A stretch of 64,000 nt of DNA. It comes from Vicugna vicugna. Lineage: Eukaryota. The stretch spans positions 744,001-808,000 of the forward strand of contig MU060486.1 in assembly GCA_013265495.1 (NCBI GenBank). The letters run 5' to 3'. This document shows, one piece after another, positions 1 to 12,150 of the stretch (positions are counted from its first letter, which is position 1; each line of letters opens with the position of its first letter). The translations under genes and the position numbers were made by a program. Under the pieces are notes generated by a model. That model was not told where the DNA came from and ran no database searches. It saw only the letters and a program-made list of their open reading frames with translations.

Positions 1-233
1 CTGACTCTGGGCATCACTGAATGTTCGTGTCTGGCAGCTACAGCCCAAGGGAGGGTGACAGGCTCGATCTTGGACTATTTGAAACATAGCGGATGTGACT
101 TTCTTGGAAGACGGGGAGGGTCTGAGCTACTGTGCATAGGGCACCTCCTCGGGCATGGGGTGCAGTGGGGAGGAGACCCCGGCCAGGCTGTGTTCCCCCG
201 ACTGACAGCGGGGGCCAGCTGACCTTTTGATTT

Positions 234-397
234 NNNNNNNNNNNNNNNNNNNNNNNNNNNNNNNNNNNNNNNNNNNNNNNNNNNNNNNNNNNNNNNNNNN
301 NNNNNNNNNNNNNNNNNNNNNNNNNNNNNNNNNNNNNNNNNNNNNNNNNNNNNNNNNNNNNNNNNNNNNNNNNNNNNNNNNNNNNNNNNNNNNNNNN
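234..397. other. Assembly gap (N run, 164 nt)
   Basis: Run of N seen directly in the sequence. Confidence 0.99.
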
Positions 398-1402
398 GTG
401 CGGTGAGCTTCATTTAAATCATAACTCGGGCCTGAAAACGTTCCAGTTGGTGCGGGTGGGGACGAGGGTGCCGGGAGGGAGGCAGGGTGGCGTGTCCCCC
501 TTCTTTGTCCTCCCAAGCTTCCCTCTTCGGGGAAAGCGGAGTTACAAGGAGGCGCGTTCCCAGGAACCTCAAGCTGGGTCTTGTCGGTCTACCAGCTTTG
601 GGTTTCCTTTTGCTGCAGAATAGAAACCGTGACGTCCAAACTCGAGCTGCAGCTCGGACACAGGCAGCCCGCCGGACAGCGGGGCCCGCGCAGCGTGGCT
701 GGTGCTGGCGCCTCACAGTCTCTTATTTACCCACCCAGACGCTGTTACTAACGTTTAAAACCCTCAGATCTGTATTTTCCGTCCTCGGCTGCGGCCACAC
801 CCGGCGTTCTCGGGCTGGGCTGGGCAGCCCCGAGGGTGAGCAGGTGGCACCGCTCTGATGGACTGCATGGCTCACCCCTGCCCTCCCGCAACGCGACACA
901 ACCCGAGAACCCCTGAGTCTCCCCCGGCCTGCGGGGTGCGGGGCTGTGAGGCGGAGTGAGCGCACCGTCAGGGGAGCGGGCTTGTCCGGAAGGATGGCCT
1001 CACTCACGTCCCCTTGGGACTCAGACCAGGGCTCCCAGGGGCGCTGTGAACAGTCCAGATTCTCCAGCTGCTAGCACTGGTCCCCCTTCCTTTCCGTCGC
1101 GCTTTGCAACCCCGTCTCGGTGAGGACGTCCTACGGCTCAGCCCTGAGGCTTCAGCCTCCTGAGCTGCTCACGATCCCCGCCGCCGCCCTCCTCGCCAGC
1201 CGAGACTTCTCACGCTGAGCCTTTCTTCACTCAAAGGGCAGCAGAATTAGCCCGCCTGGGCTTCCCCAGGGCCCGGGCCTTTCCTCTGGGCTCTGAGCAC
1301 TTTGTCTCAGTCCCTCCTTAGAGCGAGCTACCAAGAGCCTTCCTCAGAAGTTAGACGAACTTACAGTGCTTTCCAGGTAACAGCTCAGGGAGGTGGAGGG
1401 GG

Positions 1403-1605
1403 CACCTCACTGTGGGTGTCAGTTTGCATCTCTGATAATTAGCGATACTGAGCATCTTTTCACGTGCCTCTTGGCCGCTGTGTGTCTTCGTTGGACAAAT
1501 GTCTGTTCAGGTCTCCTGCCCGTTTTTGGATTGGGTTGTTGGTGTTTTTGTTATTGAGTTGTGTGAGCTGTTTGTATATTCTGGAAATTTAGCTCCTGTC
1601 AGTTG
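1403..1605 (-). mobile_element. LINE-1 fragment, 3' part of ORF2, antisense
   Basis: 'gatactgagcatcttttcacgtgcctcttggcc...ggacaaatgtctgttcaggtctcctgcccgtttttggattggg' matches the recalled antisense L1 ORF2 3' region. Confidence 0.85.
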
Positions 1606-1723
1606 AAGTGTATAGAAATATATATGCATATAATACTGAATCACTCTGCCACACACCAAAAACTAGCAGAACGTTGTAAATCAACTGAACTGCAATTAAA
1701 AGAAAAGAAAAGAAAAGAAAAAA
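1606..1723 (+). mobile_element. LINE-1 extreme 3' end with (GAAAA)n-derived A tail
   Basis: 'ctgaatcactctgccacacaccaaaaactagcagaacgttgtaaatcaactgaactgcaattaaaagaaaagaaaag' resembles the recalled artiodactyl-type L1 3' terminus. Confidence 0.8.
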
Positions 1724-2589
1724 GTAGCACAAGGAGATGGGAAGGTGAAGGCGCTAATTCTGTCCCTCTGTCTGCAGAGAACAAACTCCCCAGCGAGGTC
1801 CGGGGCGGCCGTGATCGGCCTTCTCTCCTCACACTGGCACGTGTCGTTCTCTTCCAGAGCTTCCCACCCTAACAGGCCCTCTGACCGAAGCTAGGCAGCG
1901 TGGCTGTTCTGTTGAGCTGCGATAAAGTGCAGTGAAGACAACAGACCCCTTCGGTGTGCGTCCCGGGGTGTCCCCCATGACGGAGCAGGGCCGGTGCGGC
2001 TCCAGGGGAGGGGTGGGCTGACTGGGGCCGGGAGGCGGGCTGTGAGTTGTCTGCGTTTATCTGGGGAACCCCATGGAAGTACGTCAACAGAGGGTGCGCT
2101 TCTGAATTCTGCGCGCACCTCTGAAGGGAACCGTTCTCCCTGGTTCCGCCCCATCTCAGGTACACGGGAGTCAGGGCGTCGGGAAGTTGACCTCTAACCT
2201 GCTGCGGTCACGCTCACAGGTGTTACTCTGGGTGCGTTTCAACCCAGTCTTGAAAGAAAAAAAAATTCTTGTGAGCATTGTTCCTGTGAGTCGTTGATGA
2301 AACGGGGTGGGGTGGGGGAGTTACATGCAGAGTCGAGCTCTCCCAGGCCAGCTGTGAGGTGTGGGCGGGGGCTTCCATGGGATAGACGCCTCGGTGGGGT
2401 CTGGAGGTCGGCCGCCTGCCCAGAGCTGCGCTTCTGGTGGAGCCGCCTTCCTGGGTTTGCTCTTTTTCCCACGGTGGTTTGGCTTCTGTCCCTTTTTTTC
2501 TACAGAAGAATTTTCACCAAGGCAATTACTGGCCTCCCTGAAAACAGTGTGATGGAAATATGTTAATACTCGTAGCTCAGATTTCCCGG

Positions 2590-2820
2590 CAACCTTCTGC
2601 CTTGCTGGTCACTGCCTCCTCCTCCAGATTCTTTCTCCTTTTGGCTCGTGTGGCCCCCTTTTGTCTTAATCCCCCCCACCCTCGCCCTCGGCTAGTCCTT
2701 CTTCAGCCAGGACATTAACAGGGTTTTTAAGACTCAGTTCTAGGTCCTCTTACCTCTGACTGTTATTTTCCTGCGATTATCTCCTAGACGTCAGTGATTG
2801 CTTCAATTACTGTTGGGATT
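2590..2820 (+). mobile_element. L2 LINE internal fragment (degenerate)
   Basis: 'ctcagttctaggtcctctt...gattgcttcaattac' resembles recalled L2 internal sequence; boundaries approximate. Confidence 0.45.
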
Positions 2821-3315
2821 AAAAGGCACAATTGATCATTTCTCTCCTCCACTAAGGTCTAAACCAACTGAGAAAGCCAAAGTCAAGCAGGTGTCAAACT
2901 CTCCATTTTATTACGGGTGAAGCGGAATCGCAGGGCGCAGCCTTGACTCAGGTCCAGAACGAGCGCCTCCACTTAATACCCTTCTTTCTCCCAATTGGTT
3001 TTATTCACTCAGCTGCGGGCAGACTAATCTGTCAGCCGTAGCTGTAGGCCTCCCCCTGCGGAGACAGGGCCTGCCTGGGGCCTGGCATCGAGAGGGGAAG
3101 GAGCAGGAAGGAAAACACACAGGTGCTGCAGGCAGTCCGGGGGAGGGGTGCGGGCGGGGTGGGGGGAGACTGAATTCGCATCAGCTGGGCTGGCAGCACG
3201 TTAGCTCTGCAGTGAAGGAACCGGGACGCGGACCCTCATCACCTCTCTAACCAGATGAGCAGCCTATTCTTACGGGGGAAAAAGAGTTCACGAAGCAGAG
3301 ACTGCAACTCCTTTT

Positions 3316-3450
3316 GGGGGGAGGGTAGCTCAGGGGTAGCAGGGGTAGAGCGTGTGCTTAGCATGCACGGAGTCTTGGGTTCAGTCCCCAGTGCCTCCAC
3401 TTAAAAAAATAAATAAACGGAATTACCTCCCCGCAAAACGTGAAACAAAA
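3316..3450 (+). mobile_element. Camelid tRNA-derived SINE (Vic-1-like)
   Basis: Head 'ggggagggtagctcagg...gtagagcgtgtgcttagcatgcacggagtcttgggttcagtccccagtgcctcca' carries A-box- and B-box-like motifs. Tail is 'aaaataaataaacggaattacctcccc'. There is an internal 9-nt duplication (caggggtag x2). Confidence 0.9.
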
Positions 3451-3589
3451 GACGACGACTTCTCTAGTACTTTTCCCAGGAGGCAGAAGTTTCTCTGACT
3501 GGAACCGGAAGAAGCCCGGAGAGGAGGAAGCTGGCCCCCCAATGACCCTGCACGCACGTGTCCCCAGTCCCCAGTCAGAAGCCCCCCAG

Positions 3590-3690
3590 AGCTGCAGATT
3601 TGTGTATTCAGCATCTTAAGTGACGTCTCCACTTGGATGTCTCCCAGGCAATTGCAATTCCACGCCCCAAATAGTCACCCTGGTGGCCCA
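3590..3690 (+). mobile_element. L2 LINE fragment
   Basis: 'gacgtctccacttggatgtctcccaggca' matches the well-conserved L2 motif 'gacatctccacttggatgtc'. Confidence 0.65.
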
Positions 3691-3718
3691 GTCCTGACTC
3701 CCTATGGGGGCCGGGCGC

Positions 3719-4608
3719 TGTGCTGACCGTTTATGCAGATGGTAACTCTGGACCCCGTCTGTAGGTTTACACAGGCTTTACAGGCCTTTATATGCCCTTC
3801 GAGTCAGCTCTGTGAGGTCGGTGGGGCTCATACAACGTCCCCACCTCAAGACAGTCATTGCAGTTGTCACTGAGAATGATGGGTGTGGTCATTTAACAGA
3901 AGTCTGTCTCGCTCAGGTTTTAAACTTGGGCGGCTGCGGGCCCGACTGGCGATGCTGTCCACTGTGCGCCAGGTGCCCAGCGCAGGGTCCCGCGCGGGGA
4001 GCGGGCCCATGAATGCCGACCGCAGGGACTGTTACAGCTCACCCTGGTTGGGCGTTTCCTACCTGCCGGTGAGGCGGGAAGCCCCATAAAAAGACCGGCA
4101 GGACCCCCGGGGTCTCCTGCCAGCACCGTCTGGTTCCCCGGCCCAGAGGCTCTATCTCACTTTTTGCCTCTGAAATGGCTAACTTACACCTAAAATTCTA
4201 TTGGTTCCCTGAGCTCACTTCTGATTGGTTATTTCCTTCACTCCTGGTTGATTATTACTCTCATTCCTGATTGGTCCACTTCCTTGACTTCTGATTGGCC
4301 CATTTGTAGTACTTCATTTGCATGGAGCTCACTCCTGATTGGCTATTTCTCTCACTCCTGATCAGTTCATTTCTACAAAGTTTGTTCCTGGTTGGTCAAC
4401 TTCTGTTGTACTTTATTTGCATATGACGTTGCAAAGTGTAAAACTGGCAGCCTATAAAGGCCTGTGTAAGCCTACAGACGCGGTCCAGAGCTTGGAGTGT
4501 TAGCTCCTCTGTGCCTGCTGGCGTAATACACCTGAGTTCTCCATCTCTCCGAGTGCCGCTTGGTCTCTCGCAGGGATGCAGGTTGCTGTCACAACTGAGC
4601 TGTGACAC
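3719..4608 (+). mobile_element. ERV-type solo LTR (class I-like; family not assigned)
   Basis: TG...CA ends, array of inverted CCAAT boxes (4198-4345), TATAAA at 4453, degenerate polyA-signal-like 'gtaataca' near 4524, and a U5-like end 'gctgtgaca'. No target-site duplication found, so the ends are approximate. No gag/pol/env sequence adjacent. Confidence 0.75.
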
Positions 4609-7600
4609 ATTTTTCCATGACACCGGGTTTCCCACAACAATGTGGAGGGCGGTCGCATCCCTACCTCCACATGACGGATGAGGAAGCTGGAGATGGGAGA
4701 GGCCCGGCCCCGCCTGGGGCCAGACTGGATTCCAGGTCTGTCTGGACGTTTGCCTGAGGACCTGCTACCTCTGCGGTGCCGACTGCTGTCCACCGCATGC
4801 CGCGTGCCCAGCATAGGGTCCACCACCTCCTTATTCGAGGGCTTGGAAAAAGAAACAGTTGGTCGTCCACGAAGTGACCCGGCTTTGAATGCATGTGTAT
4901 TGTAAGTGTAATGTCACTTGACTGCAACGGAAGTTGTCTGTGACTGTGTTAAATGTAAGTTTCCATATTTCTGACTTTTTAATGACTAGAACAGGACAAT
5001 GAGGAAAACCAGACAATGTGGAAACAGGTATAAAGTCCCTGAGGGCACACCATGGGGGACACGCTGGGACAGAACCGGGTCGGAGAGGCAGGTAGGGAGG
5101 AGGCTGAGGCTGAGAGATGCAAATTAAGACATAAAGAAGGGAAGACAGCTGCTTGTCAGCATGGCAGCTCAGGGGGCATCTGACAAGGAGCTGCAGGCCC
5201 GACGGAGGGCATTGGCACAGGGAGGGTGGGGAGTGGCCTCCACCTGGATTGTGGACCCAGAGGCCCACCCAGATCTGCAGGGTCACCTGAGGTGGGACTA
5301 GATGGGCAGCGGGCAGCTGGGCGGTCGCAGGGCTGGGGTCATGACAGCAGCTGCCCTCCCTGGGACACAGAAAGTGGTCTGAGGGTCAGCTCGGGGCTGC
5401 AGGCTGACAGCTTGCAGGCCTAGAACACACTCTGCAGGAAAGATGTGGGACGCTGCAGGTCTGGCTCCTGAGCCACCTTCTGCGGGCCATGGTTGGGTCC
5501 TCAGTCCTTTAATGAAGGTGCCCAGGGAAGAAAAGTTTCCTCTTGGCAGTCAGAGCCGAGTGCCGGCGTCTCACGGTCCTGATGCTCTGAGGTCGTGGCT
5601 GGGAAGTCGTGTCTCTGAGACCAGGCTGGGGGTGCCCTTCGGCCCAGCTGGACCCCGTGTCCCTCGGCTCGGAACACCGGCCCTGGCAGTTCCTGGCAAA
5701 AGGCTCTGCTCGCCGCGTTCTACCTGAAAACAGTGTCGAGTGGTGAGTGGGAATAGCCTTGTGAGAGCTTCGGATGCTTCGAGCGCTGAGCTGGGAAGGT
5801 GGGGGGGGCCCTGAAGGGACACACGGCCACCATCGGTCAGCTAGTTCACAAGCGGCCGCTGAGTCCTGAGCAGCCTCCTGGGGGCGGGGGCGCCCCGTGC
5901 AGGGCCAGGTTACGCGTGCATAACCAACCCCTGACTCCGTTCGGTGTTTTGACATAAATTCACGAAGTCGTTTTCTCCAGCTGCACATCCTTGGTAAGAC
6001 GCACGCCTTCGAGGAGGCCCTGGAAATGTTCATGTCAGGCAGCGGAGAGGCACCCTGGAAGGAGGCCGAGGGCGTGGAGATTCGTTGGCTTGATCACCCT
6101 TCTTGCTCTGGAGCGGCCGTGGCCATAGGCCCAGTTTTCCTGGAGAGTCCAAAACCTTCATTGGTGGCAGAAGTGATGAGGGGCCCACTCAATTCACGGA
6201 AAAGACAACAGAAGAGGCGTAGTGCCCTGGAGACCTGCCCCAGGCCCCCCGGCGACGTCCTCGTGGCACCTTCTTGGACGCTGGCCTCTGCTTTCAGCAG
6301 CTCCGCCTTCCAGGCGTGGCAAAGATTTGGGGGAGAATCGTTCATTCTAGGGGTACCCAGCATGCCCCTCAGCAAAGGGAAAGCCTAGTGAGCTAGAGAG
6401 AGTGGTGTTCAGGGCCTGCCTGGCAGGGACCCGGCTCACAGCACAGCCCCCTGCGCAGGGGCGCCTGCTGGTGTGCGTCCTGACCGAGAGGCTCTAGTTC
6501 AGCTGAAGTCCCGAGGCCTCGGAGGCTCCTCCATCCTTCAAGGAAATACTGAAAGCAGAAGCGAGGGTGTCGAACACAGGCACCCAGCGCAGCTTGAAGA
6601 ACCTAATTTTGCAGGAGGGCGTCTTCCCCTCAGTGCTGCGGCTCTGCTGTGTCATCAGCCAGCCTTCCGCTGAGGAGCGAAATCAGACTCATTTCAGTCT
6701 CGAGTGATCCACAATTTCCAGGCCAAATAGGTGGGGCTAGAGTTTGTTTTTCCCCCTGTCATTACTGCTCAGTCCAGTGTTTCCAATTTGAAAGGCCTGC
6801 ATGTGGACTGAGCCAAAGCAGGGACTATTTAAAACACTGTGCCCACTGATTTCACGCAAATGGCCCCAATACCTCTGGCTGACGCTAAGTGTGCTGTTCG
6901 TGAAACGCGCAGGGTGGCCGGGCCTGGCGAGTTCCTGGCGGCAGCACAGTCACGACCGGGCGTTTGTGCGCCTGCTTCCCGCTTTCCGGGGTTTTCCCAG
7001 GTGTTCCTTGGTCTGCTCCCCCTTCCCCAGGAATAGGTGCAGGACATCAGGGCCACGGCCTGTCTGCAGGGGCTCAGTCTTCCGTTCGGACCCAGCGTCC
7101 TGTCCTGTGCGATGGGCCAATTAAACCTCAGTAAGCATTACTTGAAAATAGGCCGACATGGCCCACGAAGAGAGGCTGACTTAATTTTCCACGCAGAAGG
7201 ACACACGTTGAGCGGAAATGATGCCTCGCTGAGCACAAGCTCCCAGCCCCCTGCAGAGTCTGCCTGCATCTCTGCGGCCGTCGACGGGCGCCGGGCGTGA
7301 CCCCGGAGGGGGCAGGTGCCTTCCCCGTGCCTGCCTCTTGTCTCTGGAAAGAGGCGAATGTGGAAGTAAGCATCTCACGGCTGGAAACTGTCAGATCCTG
7401 CAGCGTCACCTAGGTGTGTGGTTCCTAGCTGTGTGCTTATAATTACTTGGACTTTAAAATTGTCAAGAGCGCCAGGCATGACCCTGGAGTCACTGTCACG
7501 CGGCCTCTGGGGCAGCCTTTGCTAAGAAGCCTGCTGGCCTCTCCCGAGCGCCTGTCCTGCAAGAATACTTCCTCGGGTCTTGAGCCTCACACAAAGGGTC

Positions 7601-9229
7601 AGTGTCAGCTCATCCGTGGAGGAGGGGCGGAGACTGAGATGGGGTCTCTGTGCCGGGCGTCTTGGAGCACGTGGGCCTGGGGCTGCGTGGAGCTGGGGCA
7701 GCAGCTGGTGATGGAGAGGCTGGCGGGCTTGGGGGAGAAAGGCACAGTTAAAATCCTCCGCCCTGGCCTGAGCATGGCCCCCTGGTAGCCATGGAGTCGG
7801 GGGATGTGTGACTCTGTGTTTCTCTTTTCTTCACCCCCTTTCTCTCATTCTTCCTCCAAATGCAAATCAACAGACGTGTATTCACAGCCCAGCAAGATGT
7901 CAGGGGGAGAAGAGTAGCCTTTTCATCCGGAGATCAGGGCAGGGAGGGAGGGGACAGGAAACAGGAGGGGAGGGGAAGGGGCGGAGACCAAGGGGGACCG
8001 GGTCTGGGGAGGAGACGTGGCCGCGTGGCCTCCTGCGCCTGGCCTGGTGGGAGCGGTCCTTGCACTCCGCATGCCCCGTCCCGCCCCGCCTGGGGGTGAT
8101 GACTCCCCTCCCCGCTGGCTAGAATTTCTCAGCTCCTGCTCGAAAAAAACGCACAATGGGTGACAGTCGGGTGCCACTTTCTCTGGTGATGAGCCAGCAT
8201 CCGGGCAGGCGTGCTCCGGGGAGGCCTCCGTGGTGGCGGCAGGTTGGGCGTATGGTCTTGCGCAGATCAGCCAGTTCCTGGGCTGTGTGCGACCCAGGCT
8301 GAGGCCCATGTGATTCGTAACAAGAACAGTGATAATAGCTGAACGGGGCGTTCGTCGTCGGGGTGGCTGACGGGAGGGCTACACCGGAGATGTGGCTTCT
8401 GGTCCTGGCGTCTTCCGTGCCTTTCGGTCTCTTGGGACACATTTTCAGCGCAGTCCTCCCTGCTCTCCACCCGGGAGGTGGGGCTGTGTAACCCCCTCTC
8501 TGTTACCGCGCTACGGGCGAAGCCAGCAGCGGCCCCTCCCGTTCCGGTGACTCCAGCTTGTGTGGGGTGTTGGCGTGGTGTGGAAACAGCCCGAGGCCCC
8601 GGGTCTTTGGGAATTTCTGTGTCATCCCCTCTGCTTCTCAGCACTGAGTGCAGGGACTGGTGTGCGTTAGTCCCGGAGGACTGACCTCCATTTTGGCCGC
8701 TCGCACCTTCTCAAATCCCACAGAAATGGAGGAAAGAGTTAAAAAGGTATAAACCCCAAGGACAAAAAAAAAAAAAATTGGAAGAGAAAATAAAAGTGGC
8801 TGGGAGATGAGGTTTTTCTTGGAAAAAGAGTAAAATGAGTAGCAGCTGATTGTGAAGGTCACTGGGCCTTGTGGGTCTGCAGAGAGTGAAGCTGGGCTGG
8901 CCGGGCAGGCTTGTGTCTCTGAGCCAGGGCGGCCCAGTGAGGACAGGTGCCCCATGGCGGCCCAGCGGGGACGGGTGCCAGTACCGCGGGAGGCAGGGCT
9001 GGGGAGGGGCTGGCTGTATTAGACACGTCCTGCCCCCCGGCTCTGTTTCCCTTACTTTTGCACGAGTGGGAAGTTTATTTTGCTGAAGGGGTTGAAGAAG
9101 AGAGGCTGTGGGCTCAGCCCCAGAAGAGTGAGGACCCACCCCAAGCAGAGAGGCTGAGGGTCTCATGCTCAGTGGTGAGACCCCCCAGTCTTCAGGGTGT
9201 GAAAGCCAGGGTTTTCCTGTCTGGCCGGA

Positions 9230-11070
9230 GAATGGAGGACTCCTCCAGAGAAACCTGACTGTGTCAAGACAAAAAGACCTACATCTCTGACACCAGGGAG
9301 ATGGGCCCATGGCCAGTCACTGTCTTAGCCTTTAAAGGGTCCCCAGTAGACAGACTCCCCTGAGAAACACGGAGATGAAGGTGGGCTTCTATTGCTTTGC
9401 TCTAAAATATGGAAGGAAGTCCAGAGGTCACCAGACGGGGAGGCTTTCCCACCTGAAAGACAAAGATGGAAACAAATGAGCAGAATAAAAAGACTCTGAG
9501 GAAATGGAGACAAAAAGAAACTTCAGAAGCTTGGACTGATGTCCTCAGGGAGATGTGAGAAGATGCTGTGAACGCGGAACAAGACCAGGACGCTGTGAAA
9601 AATCAGGCCACCGTGGGGCGGGAGGTACAGCTCGGGCAGAGCGCGTGCTTCACATGGACAAGGTCCTGGGTTCAATCCCCAGCACCTCCGCTGAAAAGTA
9701 AATAAATAAACCTAATTGCTCCCCACCCCCCCAAATCAGGCCACAGGAAGACAGTGAGAAATTAATAATTTGTAGTAGAATTTTTTTAAAAAATCAGCAG
9801 GGGAATTAGAAATTAAAATCAAGGACATCTTGATTAAGAGAGTGGAAAATATAAGAAAACTGAAGAACTAATCCAGAAGATTAACATCCATTTAAAAGGA
9901 ATTCCACGAAGAATGAATAATACAGAGGACAGACAAATTTCAAAGACATATTACAAAAAATATTTTTTAAATCCCAGCATTGGAGAACATGAATTTTCTA
10001 TATTGAAAACGTACACTGAGTGTCTGACACAATGAAAGACGAGAGATTTGCATTAGGGAACATCTTTGCCAAGTTTCGGGCAGCTGTGGAGAAAGAACCC
10101 CCCAGATGTTTACCAGGATAGAACAGAGCCATTTCACGTACAAAAAAGTACAAATTGACATTCGACAGACTTTTCAGCAGTAACGCTTAAGCCTCAGAAA
10201 AAGATAGAGAAGTGGCTTCAAAATTTGGGTAGGATATTAATTTTAAACCTAGAATTCTACTTGCAGCTGAATGAACTGTGTATAAATTGAGATTAGAATA
10301 AAGCCATTTTCAAATACGCAAGTCCCCCCAAATGACCACCTGCGTGTGCTTTCTCCACAGGCTACTTAAGAGGTAGGTTGTATTAAAGCAGGGGGAGCAC
10401 CAAGGGGGGAGGAACCTAGATCCAGAAAAGCAGAGAGAAAGGTGGGGTCCTGTGTGCCCTCCGCAAAGGGAAGTCCCAGGCCGCAGCCGGGGGCCGGGCG
10501 GTGTGGGTCCCGGACGCAGCCGAGGACCGTCAGGTCCCAGAGGGGATACTTTTAATGCACGATGCCTGCAGAGGACTGGATTTATTTGACTCCAAGGAGG
10601 GGAAGTTTACTATTCTTTGGGGAGATTTAATGGTAGGGCCACAGAAAATTAAGCAAGTGAAACAAAAAGGCAAATATTATTTCTGGGAAAACCAAAAAGT
10701 TACACAAGAAAGATGATGGCTGAATAATCCTAACAGTGTTGACGCAAAAAGTGGACGTAATTGAAAACTGTGACATTTCTCGGGGGTTGACGGAGCCGGG
10801 AGACGTGTAGGGGGTGGGGGTGATCAGGGCTAAGTCCTCCTCTGCTGTAGAAGGAGGTCAGTGGATAGTTTTAAGAACTGTTAAATCAAGAGATCAGAAT
10901 ACGCACGTTTTTAAAAAGAAATAAGGAAGCAGCTAGCGGACAGTACAGCTGAAAGAGGTGGAAGAGGCTGTCCCTGAGGATGGCGTTCGGAACGCTGCTT
11001 CCAGCCTCGAGCTTTCAGTGCTGGTAACTTGAACAACATGCACGTAACGTGTTATTCTGATCAGAGGTTT
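9230..11070 (+). mobile_element. HAL1 / L1 ORF1-type fossil, interrupted by a SINE
   Basis: Degenerate ORF1p motifs: KINIHLKGIP at 9877-9906 (cf. RSNIxLIGVPE) and FKPRIL at 10242-10259 (cf. FQPRILYPAKL). A-rich sense strand and HAL1-like 3' tail, with no ORF2 sequence following. Confidence 0.7.
9612..9732 (+). mobile_element. Camelid tRNA-derived SINE with perfect 12-bp target-site duplication
   Basis: Head 'ggggcgggaggtacagctcgggcagagcgcgtgctt...ggtcctgggttcaatccccagcacctcc' and tail 'aaataaataaacctaattgctcccc'. TSD aaatcaggccac at 9600-9611 and 9733-9744. Confidence 0.92.
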
Positions 11071-11899
11071 TCAGTGAAGAGAACAAGTGTGATGCTGGCA
11101 GCCACGTGGTACGTCTTGATGACGGCGCCATGTAAGTGCACAGGGCGGGGAGGGCATTCAGTCTATGGAGTCAGCTCTGCGTGCAGCCTCCCCCGCCCAC
11201 TCTGCGGGGCTGGCACCCTCCTCGAGCGGCCGTGAGATGCGAGGGAGTGATCCACGCTCATCAGCCGCCTCGCGGGGAACTGACACGCAGCGGGTGTGTC
11301 AGAAATGGTGTTCATCGTTCAAACTCCCGTGTGCGTGGCCGAGATACCTTGTGAACATGCTGGAAGTTTGGGGCCTGAGACCGGAGGTGGGTCCCCGTTG
11401 TGAGCCCCTGGCCTTCAGAGGGTTACTCTTCCCAAGGCGTGAGCCGTCGCTTACAAACCCCTGCTCCTTTGTGGCTCAGAGGAGTCAACGTGCCTTCCAG
11501 AGTCTCTGACTTGCTCCCAGGGAGCCAGGTCGACCCCGGAGGAGTATTTAGAGCTAAAACGATAGTCAGATTTTAATCTGTGGTATTTTATCATCTTTTT
11601 ATCTTTACGGGAAGAAGACCCAGGGTTACGTACATGAACCTGTATCCTTCCTTGCCCTTCAGTCAGGCTCCAGTGCCCCCGTCCAGCACCTTAAGGCTGT
11701 TTACTGTGCTGACTTCAGAGCCAAGGGGTGAACAGGAAACGCCGGAGCCACCGGCGCCTGGCAGGTCGAGTCCCCGCCCGGGGCTTCTGCGTGCTCTGTG
11801 CCCGAGCAGCCTGGGCGGCTCTCTGCTCGCGGGCAGCGCCCACCCCGGCCAGCCTGGAGGCCCCTGTCGGCCGTCTCCCCCCGGTCTCCACCCCTCCTG

Positions 11900-12150
11900 C
11901 ACCAGGTGTGCTCCCTTATCTTGTGCTGTCCTGTCAACCTGTATTTTCCCGCCGTCGCTGATCACAGGGGTAAGCACACGGTTAACGGCTTAATGTTTGT
12001 CCCCTGTACTGCTCGGCGAGTTCTCGTGGTGAGAAGCCTCTTATCGTGCTTTACGTTACTTCTCCTGTGCAGCACACGTGGCAGGTGTTTGCCTGGCCCA
12101 TAGTGGGCACACAGTGAATGTTTACCCCATGGATGGATGGATGGATGAAG
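11900..12150 (+). mobile_element. L2 3' end
   Basis: 'gcctggcccatagtgggcacacagtgaatgttt...atggatggatggatggatgaa' is the typical L2 terminus with a (TGAA/TGGA)n tail. Confidence 0.7.

Noticed and set aside
3316-3400. tRNA-like sequences here and at about 9615 and 21597
   Set aside because: They are SINE heads with A-rich tails, and two of them have TSDs. They are not intact tRNA genes.
4198-4422. Regularly spaced 'ctgattgg' repeats resembling a CRISPR-like array
   Set aside because: The repeats are short and degenerate, the spacers resemble each other, the context is a mammalian LTR and there are no cas genes. They are CCAAT-box tandem units.
9400-10330. Possible intact or domesticated L1 ORF1 (L1TD1-like) gene
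   Set aside because: It has multiple stops and frameshifts plus a SINE insertion; only short motifs survive.
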